A DNA stretch of 64,000 bases from an uncultured Acidobacteriota bacterium (lineage in GTDB: Bacteria > Acidobacteriota > Terriglobia > UBA7540), in assembly GCA_963804995.1 (NCBI GenBank), contig CAWDSK010000002.1:32001-96000 (forward strand), in the 5' to 3' direction. Position numbers and translations under genes: made by a program. This document shows, in pieces, positions 1-9,004 of this stretch (within the stretch, counting starts at the first letter, position 1; each line of letters opens with the position of its first letter). The notes below the pieces were generated by a model. That model made no database searches. It saw only the letters and a list, made by a program, of their open reading frames with translations, and was not told where the DNA came from.

Positions 1-521
1 AGCTCCGTGAAACGGAAATAGAACTGGATGTTAAGTTCGTGATTCGTTGCGAAGGGCGGGAAGCCCGTGGCCACCAGGCACTCGCTGAGTTTCTCTATCC
101 GCGAAACCTGCAAGCGGTGCTCATTGAGATACGCGCCGGAGCCGCGCTCGGCTGTGTATAGGTCGTTGCGCGTGGGATCGTACACCACACCCGCAATCAC
201 CTCACCTCGGAAGGCGAGCCCGAGCGTGACGCAGAATACCGGGAAGCCATGCGCGAAGTTCGTCGTCCCGTCCAGGGGATCAACGTACCAGCAATAGTCG
301 GAAGACCCGGCCTGGCCACCGCCTTCTTCGGCCACGATGCCGTGGTCCGGAAAATTGCGGCGCAACCGTTCCACGATCAAGGCTTCGGACCGGCGGTCCG
401 CCACCGTCACCAGGTCTGACCGGCGCTTGTAAGTGATCTCCAGAGGCTGGGTGAAAAGCTCCGCCAGCAGCGCGCCTGATTCGCGCGCGATTTCAACCGC
501 CGTGCTGAGATAGTTCGGCAT
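1..521 (-). CDS. suhB: Inositol monophosphatase family protein (3' end outside window)
   Basis: Hand translation from ATG at 521: MPNYLSTAVEIARESG...DLVTVADRRSE...IVAEEG...WYVDPLDGTTNFAHGFP, the IMPase signature. Not in the ORF track because it runs off the window edge. Confidence 0.92.
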   Translation of the reverse strand, partial: MPNYLSTAVEIARESGALLAELFTQPLEITYKRRSDLVTVADRRSEALIVERLRRNFPDHGIVAEEGGGQAGSSDYCWYVDPLDGTTNFAHGFPVFCVTLGLAFRGEVIAGVVYDPTRNDLYTAERGSGAYLNEHRLQVSRIEKLSECLVATGFPPFATNHELNIQFYFRFTE

Positions 522-605
522 GATTTCCTGATATCCGAGGATTTAAATTCCGGCAGGTCGGGGCAAGTTCCTTGCATAACCCCGCGGACGTACTCCGCTC
601 CACAT

Positions 606-1301
606 CTATTTCCGGGGCTCCACCAAAATACGCGTTTGCCCTTCCCCTTCCGACCACACTGCGCCGTCAGCAAAATACTCTTTCTTCCAAATGGGCACGA
701 TCTGCTTGAGACGGTCGATGGCGAATTGGCAGGCCTCAAACGCGGCGCGCCGGTGCGCGGCCGTCACGATAATGGCCACACTGGTCTCACCGATTTCCAT
801 GCGGCCCAGGCGGTGAATCATCCCCACATGATCAATCGCGAACTTCTGCCTCGCTTCCTGCCCGATCTCTTCCATCCTACGAATCGCCAAGGGTTCATAA
901 CCTTCGTACTCAAGATAAAGCGTGGCGCGGCCGCGCGAGTGGTTGCGGACGATACCCTCAAAAACCACCACGGCGCCATCTTCCGGTGCCCGCAACGGAT
1001 GGGCAATGTCGGCAGCAGTAATGGGGTCACGCGTGATGCGGAAAAAATCCACCTCAGCCCCGCCGCTCACAGGCGGCATGAACGCTACCTCGTCACCCTC
1101 GCGCAAGGGCGTCTCACGTTTGACAATTTCCTGGTTAACCGCCACCAGCAAGGAATCGGCAAAGGGGGCAAGGCGCGGGAAACGAGTCTCGTACCGGCGC
1201 CACAGCGCATCAAGGCTCTCGCCTTCCGGAACCTCCACCAGCTCCTGGGCGAAGCCCGTCAAGTCGTGCGTGAGGCCGAAAAAAAGAACTTTGATCTTCA
1301 T
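606..1301 (-). CDS. moaDE: Fused molybdopterin synthase MoaD-MoaE (MoaX-type)
   Basis: N-terminal ubiquitin-like MoaD ending PPVSGG, followed by MoaE (GAVVVFEGIVRN, LEYEGY, HRLG, IDRLKQIVPIWKKE). Start placed at MKIKVLFF. Confidence 0.92.
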   Translation of the reverse strand: MKIKVLFFGLTHDLTGFAQELVEVPEGESLDALWRRYETRFPRLAPFADSLLVAVNQEIVKRETPLREGDEVAFMPPVSGGAEVDFFRITRDPITAADIAHPLRAPEDGAVVVFEGIVRNHSRGRATLYLEYEGYEPLAIRRMEEIGQEARQKFAIDHVGMIHRLGRMEIGETSVAIIVTAAHRRAAFEACQFAIDRLKQIVPIWKKEYFADGAVWSEGEGQTRILVEPRK

Positions 1302-1464
1302 TCTGGGTTCGAAGCCCCGTGCCGAGAGTTCCATTCACTCTCATAATCAGTATACACGCCGTGTGCCTGGATGGCATGGCGAAACCCGGCGCGATATCGG
1401 GTGTAGGGACAGGGCTCACCTTCCCATACGCGTGCGGGTCCTCTTCTAAGTTCAGAGAAGAGAG

Positions 1465-2367
1465 CTAATCTGTCTTCCCCAGCACATGACGCAAAGCTTC
1501 TTCGAGTTGTGGGAATTGGAACTCATAGCCCGTCGAGAGGAGTCGCGAGGGTTTCACGCGGGTACTGGCCAGAAGGAGTTCGTCCGCCATCTCTCCAAAC
1601 ATCAGGTGGGCCGCAAAGGTTGGCAGAGGAAAGATCGTGGGGCGCCACAAGACGCTCCCGAGGGTCTTGGTGAATTCCCGATTGGTTACGGGATGGGGCG
1701 CCACGGCATTCACCGGGCCACGCAAGGCGTCATCCAGGATAGCGTGCGAAATGGCTCCCAACACATCATCGATGGCGATCCAACTCATATACTGCCGGCC
1801 GCTCCCCACACGCCCACCGACGCCCAGCTTGAAAGGCAAGAGCATGGCGCCCAGGCCGCCGCCTGCCTTGCTGAGGACGAAACCAATGCGCAGATTCACG
1901 ACCCGAATGCCATTGCGTCGCGCGGGTTCAGTCGCGGCTTCCCAAGCCGTCGCTACTTCTGAAAGAAACAGCGAGCCCGCGGAACTCTCCTCGTCCATCA
2001 CTTTGCCACCACGGTCTCCGTAGTAACCGATCGCGGAAGCCGACACGAGCACCATGGGCCGGTCCCGCAAGTGCGCCAAGGATTCGCAGAGCAAACGCGT
2101 CCCCTTGGCGCGACTCTCCAGGATGCGAGCTTTCTTTTCGGGCGTCCATCGGCCGACAATGGATTCTCCGGCCAGGTGCACCACGGCGTCAAAATCTTCG
2201 AGTTCGTTCGCCTGGATGGTGCCCGCAGCGGGATCCCACGATATATGCCTGCCACTGGCACGTGACTGTGACCTGGTGAGGCAGACTATCTTGTGGCCCT
2301 CGGCTGTCAAAAAGGTAATCAGCGCTTGGCCGATTAATCCACTGGAACCTGTAAGGAGAATTCGCAT
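1465..2367 (-). CDS. TIGR01777/YfcH family NAD-dependent epimerase
   Basis: ILLTGSSGLIG, VVHLAGE, SASAIGYYG, GSGRQYMSWI, GPVNAVAP, FGEMADELLL motifs. Confidence 0.9.
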   Translation of the reverse strand: MRILLTGSSGLIGQALITFLTAEGHKIVCLTRSQSRASGRHISWDPAAGTIQANELEDFDAVVHLAGESIVGRWTPEKKARILESRAKGTRLLCESLAHLRDRPMVLVSASAIGYYGDRGGKVMDEESSAGSLFLSEVATAWEAATEPARRNGIRVVNLRIGFVLSKAGGGLGAMLLPFKLGVGGRVGSGRQYMSWIAIDDVLGAISHAILDDALRGPVNAVAPHPVTNREFTKTLGSVLWRPTIFPLPTFAAHLMFGEMADELLLASTRVKPSRLLSTGYEFQFPQLEEALRHVLGKTD

Positions 2368-2567
2368 CGGAGTGACCTCGAACTGGCCGGGGGAGAGCCG
2401 CGGCACATGATGGATGAGAAAGGCCTTCTCCCCATCTCAGCGTGAAGCGCATAATACCTCGTTAACCACCGGGACGCCGGCTTCAGCGTTCCGGTGAGTG
2501 TCGCGTTGTTTCGTACCCTAGTTGAGATGACGGGCTAAAGCCCTGCACTTCACCCCTGAGGCTCAAA

Positions 2568-2942
2568 GTGAGTCACGTCTTTATCGCCGGAAAAGATTGG
2601 CAGGCACGCGCTCTGCTTCGCGCTCAACTCCTCGAAGAAGGGTTCGAGGTCGAAGCCCACGAGACCGTGCTTGAGGCTTTGGCGGCGTTGGAAACCGCTC
2701 CCAGCCCACCGGACCTGTTCATCGCCGACATCTCGCAAAGTGACGATCCCTCTGCCGATGTCGAAGGGCTCCGGGCGTGGTCGCGAAAGCTTCCCATCTG
2801 GATCATCGCCAGTCGAACCTTCATCGTCGAAAAGGGTTTGCGTGGCCACGGATTTGAGGTGACCCTGCTGCGACCTGTGGACGTGAGTGAACTCGTGGAC
2901 CAGATCAAGCAGAGACTGGAGGAGAATTTGGAGATTGAATGA
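2568..2942 (+). CDS. Single-domain receiver-like (CheY-fold) protein, atypical
   Basis: Pattern ARALLRAQLLEEGFEV...PDLFIADI...LPIWIIAS...LLRPVDVSELVDQI; lacks the N-terminal acidic pair and has R in place of the conserved K. Confidence 0.65.
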   Translation: MSHVFIAGKDWQARALLRAQLLEEGFEVEAHETVLEALAALETAPSPPDLFIADISQSDDPSADVEGLRAWSRKLPIWIIASRTFIVEKGLRGHGFEVTLLRPVDVSELVDQIKQRLEENLEIE

Positions 2943-2974
2943 GGACAGCTTGGTAGGTCTTTTACCCGCCGCGC

Positions 2975-4141
2975 TCATACCGCCGGCTGCTGTTGGGTGA
3001 GGCAATGCAAGGTTCCTAATCCCCAAACTAAATCGACGGCGTGAATTCCCACCACGGGGCGATCAGCGAAAAGCTCAGCAAGTGTTCCCAAAGCGATGCG
3101 GTCCTGCGGGTCATTGAAAGTCGGAACCAGCACCGCGGCGTTGGAAATATAAAAGTTCGCATAGCTTGCGGGCAGCCGCTGGCCATCGAGGTAAACCGGT
3201 TCCGGCATGGGAAGCGGCACGACCTCGAGCTTCGAGCCGTCCTCGAGCCGCATGTCTACCAGGCGCTCTCGGTTTTCTTCCAGTGGCTCGTAGTTAAGGT
3301 CCCGCGGATTCTTCTCCTGGCAAAGGACTACGGTTCGCGGCCCCACAAATCGGCACAGGTCATCGACGTGCCCGTGCGTATCGTCTCCGGCAATTCCCTT
3401 ACCCAGCCACAGAATATTGGTCACGCCGAGATAATCGTGGAGCGCCGCTTCAATTTCCTTGCGGTTGAAGCCGGGATTGCGAACTTGAATGGCGGGATCC
3501 AGCAGGCATTCTTCGGTAGTCAGCAGTGTGCCGCGGCCGTTTACGTCAATACTGCCACCTTCCAAAACAAAATCGCGGCCATCGACTCTTACCTGGGACA
3601 AGGGTCGCTTGAGCGCGCGTGCGGCAACAACTGGGACACGGCAGTCCTTGTCCCAGTTCGGATACTTCGCCCAGCCCGTGAAACCGAACCGTACAACCGC
3701 GACATCATGTCGCGGGCTGTCCCGCTTTACGAAAAGCGGCCCGAAGTCACGCGTCCAGCCGCGATTGGTGGGAATACGGAAAAACTCCACACGCGCGGGA
3801 TCGACCCCGACGCGCTTCAGGATTCGTCGGGCCTTTTCCTCGTGCGCTTTGGAGTTGACCAGAATCCTGGCGACTTCGCCTTGCGTAATCTTGCGGACGA
3901 TTTCGCCGTACACCCAGGGGATGGGCGCGAACTTCTGCGGCCAGTCGGTGAGGTTATGCGGCCACCCGAGCCACGTGGCTTCATGCGGTTCCCACTCGGC
4001 GGGGAAGCGGTAGCCAAGTGCGGCGGGGGTCCTTTTGAGTTTTGGGTTCTGGGTACTGGGGGCTAGGGACTGGGGAAGGGCTCGACTCCGGTCCCCAGCA
4101 CCCAGCGCCCAATCCCCAGCACCTAATCTTTTCTTCGCCAC
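2975..4141 (-). CDS. aguA: Agmatine deiminase
   Basis: FPAEWEPHEATWLGWP, WTRDFGP, LEGGSIDVNG, DDTHGHVD, ASYANFY, GTLHCLTQQQP. Confidence 0.95.
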   Translation of the reverse strand: MAKKRLGAGDWALGAGDRSRALPQSLAPSTQNPKLKRTPAALGYRFPAEWEPHEATWLGWPHNLTDWPQKFAPIPWVYGEIVRKITQGEVARILVNSKAHEEKARRILKRVGVDPARVEFFRIPTNRGWTRDFGPLFVKRDSPRHDVAVVRFGFTGWAKYPNWDKDCRVPVVAARALKRPLSQVRVDGRDFVLEGGSIDVNGRGTLLTTEECLLDPAIQVRNPGFNRKEIEAALHDYLGVTNILWLGKGIAGDDTHGHVDDLCRFVGPRTVVLCQEKNPRDLNYEPLEENRERLVDMRLEDGSKLEVVPLPMPEPVYLDGQRLPASYANFYISNAAVLVPTFNDPQDRIALGTLAELFADRPVVGIHAVDLVWGLGTLHCLTQQQPAV

Positions 4142-5037
4142 GGCTCCTCGTTCAGAAAACGGTTGGTGATTCCGGCGTAGGCGTCGATGCGCCGGTCGCG
4201 GAGGAAGGGCCAGTTGCGCCGCACGTCCTCGATTCGCGCCAAGTCGATTTCAGCGAGCAGGGTTTCCTCGCGCTCCGCCGAAGCCTCCGCCAGTACAACG
4301 CCAAAGGGATCGCAGATGAACGTCGAGCCCCAGAACTCCAGGCCGGCGCTCGTGGCGGAGGTTTTTTCAAAGCCCACGCGATTGACCGCGGCAACGTACA
4401 CCCCGTTGGCGATGGCGTGGCTGCGTTGAATGGTTTGCCAGGCGTCGCGTTGGGAGGGCCCGAACTCATCCTTCTCCGCCGGATGCCAGCCAATGGCCGT
4501 GGGGTAGAACAAGAGGCTGGGGCCTTCCAGAGCCGCCAGGCGCGCGCCTTCCGGGTACCACTGATCCCAGCAGATCAGCGTCGCGATGCGGCCCACTTGC
4601 GTATCGAAAGCGTGAAATCCCAGGTCGCCGGGTGTGAAATAAAACTTTTCGTAGTAAGCCGGATCATCGGGAATATGCATCTTGCGGTAGAGGCCCACCA
4701 CCTCGCCGCTCGCATCGATTATCGCCGCGCTGTTGTGATAAACGCCGGCGGCACGGCGCTCGAAGAGGGGCGCCACGATGACAACGCCGCGGGCTTTGGC
4801 GATTTTCCCCAACGCTTCGGTGGTCGGACCGGGAACGGGCTCAGCCAAATCGAACAACGCCGCATCCTCGCGCTGGCAGAAGTACTGCGAGCGGAAAAGC
4901 TCCGGCAAACAGATTATCTCCGCACCGAAATGCGCCGCATCTTCGACTAGGGATACGGCTTTTTCGAGGTTCGCGTCCGGATTTTCGGTGCAAGACATCT
5001 GCACCAGTCCGGCCATGTACTTCAGCTTGGGTGGCAT
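4123..5037 (-). CDS. aguB: N-carbamoylputrescine amidase (carbon-nitrogen hydrolase)
   Basis: LPELF, YRKMHIPDDPAYYEKFYF, ICWDQWYPE, YPTAIGW; overlaps aguA. Confidence 0.92.
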   Translation of the reverse strand: MPPKLKYMAGLVQMSCTENPDANLEKAVSLVEDAAHFGAEIICLPELFRSQYFCQREDAALFDLAEPVPGPTTEALGKIAKARGVVIVAPLFERRAAGVYHNSAAIIDASGEVVGLYRKMHIPDDPAYYEKFYFTPGDLGFHAFDTQVGRIATLICWDQWYPEGARLAALEGPSLLFYPTAIGWHPAEKDEFGPSQRDAWQTIQRSHAIANGVYVAAVNRVGFEKTSATSAGLEFWGSTFICDPFGVVLAEASAEREETLLAEIDLARIEDVRRNWPFLRDRRIDAYAGITNRFLNEEPWRRKD

Positions 5038-5211
5038 CTGGATGAGACTACACAAGTCGTCTGGTTTTTGCCAAGATTTTCAAGCAGGCAAGGAGCGCAG
5101 CGCGGCAAGGGGGGGGCCGTGTGAGCACGTATCTTCTCGTTAATCCTGCGCGGGCGTAGGGTACTTCTACGTGTAGGCCGTAAAACGACCAAGTGGATTG
5201 TTCCACGACGT

Positions 5212-5295
5212 GTAGCGCGGACCTGTTTTGTAGGTCCGCGGTTCTTCCCCCCCCATGACAACGAAAAGCCGCGGACAAGAACAGGTCCGCGCTAC
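5212..5295. repeat. Inverted pair of GTAG-type REP palindromes
   Basis: GTAGCGCGGACCtgttttgtaGGTCCGCG ... CGCGGACaagaacagGTCCGCGCTAC; the same motif recurs at 11.3-11.6 kb and 60.5 kb. Confidence 0.75.
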
Positions 5296-5513
5296 CTTGC
5301 TTCCTACGACCCTGCCAGTAAGCTGCTCAGGGCTGACTACTAGGATCAGCCGCAGGTACCGGACGCATCGTTGATTTCTGCGATAACAGAGATAGAGGTG
5401 ACCCGCAGACATAACAGGGAGCGCTATGTCTGCGCCATTGAAGAAATCACTCTCTACGCTCGTATGTTTGCCGCCTTGGCCGCTGAGGTCCGTCACCGCA
5501 TCAATCGCCGCTT

Positions 5514-6131
5514 TCAGCGCCTCTCGAAGAACAGGTAATACTGATAGGGTAGAATGTCGAGCCGCTTGGTGAGGGTAAACCCCGCGTTGCTTAGCTCCGC
5601 GATGACTTCTTGGTCTGAGAGTTTCATGGAGGGCGGCGGCCCGATGGGCAGATCCTTCTTGTAGAACTCGATCACCACAACGCGACCGCCCGGCTTCATG
5701 GCTTTTACGAGCTTGGGATAGTACGCGGCCCGGTTTTCGATATGGTGCAGCACATCGCAGAAAAAGATTAGATCGACAGATTGCTCCGGCAGTCGCGGAT
5801 CGTCAGGCGCGGCCAGTACTACGGTGAGGTTCGGTGGGGCATTCTTTTGGGTGATGGCCAGCAATTCCTTGTCGATATCGACCGCGTAGACTTTGGCGGC
5901 GTGGTTGGCGAAGCGGCGCGCGAAATAGCCTGTGCCGGCGCCTATATCGGCGACGACATCCGTCGGTCTGAGACCCAGAGCCATCACGACCTCGTGCGGC
6001 TTCTGCCACTCGTCCCGAGAGGGGTCTTCCAGCACCTTGGCATACTCACCCGACGAGGGCGGGTGGTGCTGGTGGGGCACTTGCCCCAAGCCGACCGCTG
6101 CAAACATGAACACTAACGCGTAGAGCTTCAT
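5514..6131 (-). CDS. Class I SAM-dependent methyltransferase with signal peptide
   Basis: VADIGAGTGYF, VYAVDI, DVLHH, KPGGRVVVIEF; hydrophobic N-terminus. Confidence 0.88.
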   Translation of the reverse strand: MKLYALVFMFAAVGLGQVPHQHHPPSSGEYAKVLEDPSRDEWQKPHEVVMALGLRPTDVVADIGAGTGYFARRFANHAAKVYAVDIDKELLAITQKNAPPNLTVVLAAPDDPRLPEQSVDLIFFCDVLHHIENRAAYYPKLVKAMKPGGRVVVIEFYKKDLPIGPPPSMKLSDQEVIAELSNAGFTLTKRLDILPYQYYLFFERR

Positions 6132-6177
6132 AGCTTCCTCCGTGCTCGAGGGCCAGATGGCCGAAGGGTCGATTGCG

Positions 6178-7401
6178 TCACAGAAAGAAAATGCCTATAC
6201 CCGCCCCAACCAGCACAACCCACAACACATCGATTTTGAACCGCAGCGCCACGAATGCCCCAAGCGCCAGGAGAACCGACCGGGTGGTCCATGAGGCCGC
6301 GATGGCGAAGTGGGCCGTCACAGCGAGCAGCAACCCGACGAACGACGCCAGGATGCCACGTAGCGCCCGCCGGAAGACCACCGAGCGTTGCAGGTGGTCA
6401 AAGTAGGGAACTGTAATCAGCACCATCAGGAAAGATGGCGAGAAAATCGCGACGGTGGCCACGAGGGCGCCCAGCAACCCGGCCACCTGATACCCAACGA
6501 AAGTGGCAGTAATGACGATGGGCCCTGGCGTGACCTGCCCCAGAGCGATGCCATCCATGAATGTCTTGCTGTCAGTCCACTTCCGAACGTCCACGACCTG
6601 TTGGAGCATCACTGGGACCGACGCGAAGCCGCCACCGAAGGCAGAAAGGTCCACTTTGAGCATGACCAGCGCGAGGTTAAAAAGTAGACGATTCGCCACA
6701 AAGAGCATTGCGAGAGCAGTTCCACCTACAAGGACTGCCAACAGAACCAGCCGTACCACCCTTCGGCCGCCGGGTTCGCCGACATTGTGGACCGGTTTGA
6801 TGGGCAGGCTTGCGCCAACATAGAGGACAGTACTCACCGCCGCGGACCCGACAATCGCGAGGATGGGACTGCCGTGCAACATGAGGAAAGTGGCGGCTGC
6901 ACCCGCCAGGAGCAAGTCGCGCCAATTCTTTATCGAACTGCGTCCGAATGGCACGACCGCGTTGGCCATCAGCGCCACCACGACCACCTGCAACCCCCGA
7001 AAGGCGGCCGCCACCGTGTGGAGGTCGCGACTGACACCGTAGACGCTCGACAGGACCACCATCAGCACGAACGCTGGCAGGCCAAATCCCAGGAATGCCG
7101 CCAGCGCTCCGGCAATCCCTCGGGTGCGAAGACCGACATAAGCCGCCGTCTGCATGGCTGTGGCACCGGGAATCGACTGACACAAGGCCGTACCGTCCTC
7201 AAAACACTCTTGCGACAGCCAGTGCTTTTTCCCGACAGCCAAGTCGCGGATGTACGCCACCATTGCCGGCCCGCCGAAGGCCGTAAGGCCCAGGCGCTGG
7301 AACGCCAAGAAGAGCGAGCATAGTGAAACCTGATGCGCAGATTCATCACGGTATTCCCCTTCCGCCGCCATTGCCGTCGCCTTCGTGTGATCATCTGCCA
7401 T
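6178..7401 (-). CDS. chrA: Chromate efflux transporter (two CHR domains)
   Basis: LTAFGGP, CQSIPGA, SAFGGG, GQVTPGP repeated CHR motifs. Confidence 0.92.
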   Translation of the reverse strand: MADDHTKATAMAAEGEYRDESAHQVSLCSLFLAFQRLGLTAFGGPAMVAYIRDLAVGKKHWLSQECFEDGTALCQSIPGATAMQTAAYVGLRTRGIAGALAAFLGFGLPAFVLMVVLSSVYGVSRDLHTVAAAFRGLQVVVVALMANAVVPFGRSSIKNWRDLLLAGAAATFLMLHGSPILAIVGSAAVSTVLYVGASLPIKPVHNVGEPGGRRVVRLVLLAVLVGGTALAMLFVANRLLFNLALVMLKVDLSAFGGGFASVPVMLQQVVDVRKWTDSKTFMDGIALGQVTPGPIVITATFVGYQVAGLLGALVATVAIFSPSFLMVLITVPYFDHLQRSVVFRRALRGILASFVGLLLAVTAHFAIAASWTTRSVLLALGAFVALRFKIDVLWVVLVGAGIGIFFL

Positions 7402-7990
7402 GCCGCGCGTCCTTGGTCGTGTCGAGAAGGAGTTCCGTTTGGCCTCTTGGACGCAATCGATTATACAGCCGCTCGGTCACTCTAGATCACCTGTGACGCC
7501 ATAGGGTTTACCGATTCCCCGTCACTTGGCCGTCGCCTTGTCGGAAACTGGCCGCTGCCGTGTATACGTGACTCCTCAATAAGGAATTGGACCTGCCTCG
7601 TCTCCTTGAGTTTACGAACGCCGCGTTGCGGTTCAAATTACACTGACACACGAAATCTGTAGCGCCTGCTCTAGAGTTTTTTGCCGCATCCCTGAGACTC
7701 TCAAGACCTGGCTCCCCTCAGACTGATGATTTCGGCGCCATTTTATCCCGGTGCTGACACGCCATCTGCTCACGGACACCCGCTCCTCTGGGCGACGGAG
7801 GATTTCAAAATTCGGTGCTTGACTTTGTTTACTGTTGCGGTATAATCTTAATCGTACTGTGCGGTCCGGCTCAGCAGGAAGGCTCGGAGAGGGCGAGGCA
7901 GGGCCGGGCAATTGGGCAGGAAGGGAGTTATGTAGCCGCGGCGACACGAGGATTTCGCAGCGCCTTTATGTCCGACCATAACATCTTTTC

Positions 7991-8074
7991 TCCCAAAGCT
8001 GAGAACATACTGAAAACAAAGGGCGGGGAAAGACAATTTTCGTTTCCCAAAGCCGAGAACATCCTGAAAACAAA
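7991..8074. repeat. 30-bp direct repeat, two copies
   Basis: tcccaaagcYgagaacatMctgaaaacaaa at 7991-8020 and 8045-8074. Confidence 0.8.
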
Positions 8075-8324
8075 CCCACTTACCAGGCCTACCAAAAACG
8101 GGATATCGACCTGACAACATGTCCTACAGAAAAAGACCTCCTTCCTCGTCCCGGGCCCACCGCTAAGCCGCTGTCAACTATCTAACTGGGCTACATTGGT
8201 TCGCCCCGCCGGAGCGGGTTCTCACCTCGGCGCCACTCCCGTTATCCCGCCGGAGAGGGGGGAGACGCTCAGGCCCCGGGCGAAGACTGGACAAGATCCT
8301 GCCCCTCACGCGCCAACGTACGTC

Positions 8325-8483
8325 CGCCGCGCCAGCGGCTTAGTTCAAGTCGCCTTGCCGGAAAAGTGTTCAAAGCCCCTAAAAGTGGTAGCGCAGTCGA
8401 ATCTCAGATTACCCGGCGAAAGTCCCCTTATCTTTACCGACAAATCCGGAGGGGCAATCCGAAGTCTTGGCCGAGCGAGGGCG
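8325..8483. repeat. Diverged ~160-bp direct repeat, copy 1 (partner ~10802-10962)
   Basis: Shared core aaagtggtagcgcWgtcRaatcYcagRttaccc...aatccgaagt; the copies flank the porin gene. Confidence 0.75.
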
Positions 8484-8562
8484 TTAGCGAAAACTATCTG
8501 AAGATTCTGGTGCAGCCGGTTTCGTAGGCTGGTGCAGGTCTGCTCATCGGGTGGTGAAGTAA

Positions 8563-8694
8563 CCCCTCACCCGCCTGCGGGCCGAAGCCGAAGTGGTTTG
8601 CGGCTCCCAGGCGTCCCTTCGGTGGGCGTAGGCCCGTCCCGCCCCGACTGATGACAACGCCGGCGGCGGTCCACCCTCTCCCCTCGGAGAGGGC
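8563..8694. repeat. CCCCTCACCC...CCACCCTCTCCC palindromic repeat family member
   Basis: Same end motifs as 29397-29465 (inverted), 61715-61843 and 63246-63367. Confidence 0.7.
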
Positions 8695-9004
8695 TATGAT
8701 TTCAATTTCTTTCCCGCTCCCAAGCCTGGCCGGAAGACAATCCTTGGGGAGCCCCGGATCGCTAAAAGGCGAACGTCGGCGCTTGCCCGTTGCAAATTTG
8801 CGGTACAATGCCCGGCTCTCTTCCGGGGACTCTGGGTGGCCTGCTTCTGACAGAGTCTCCCTGTGTAATTGATTCCATTTTTTTGCGCCCCATTGAGAAG
8901 CAGCTAACCCAACCCGCGCGGGGCGGCGGTGTACCAGTCCGCAGGCAGAGGATGCAAACCGGAATGATTAGGAGCAATTACCCTAGGGCCATAAGGAGAT
9001 TTAA

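Noticed and set aside
7991..8074. CRISPR array
   Set aside because: Only two repeats, one 24-nt spacer, and no cas genes
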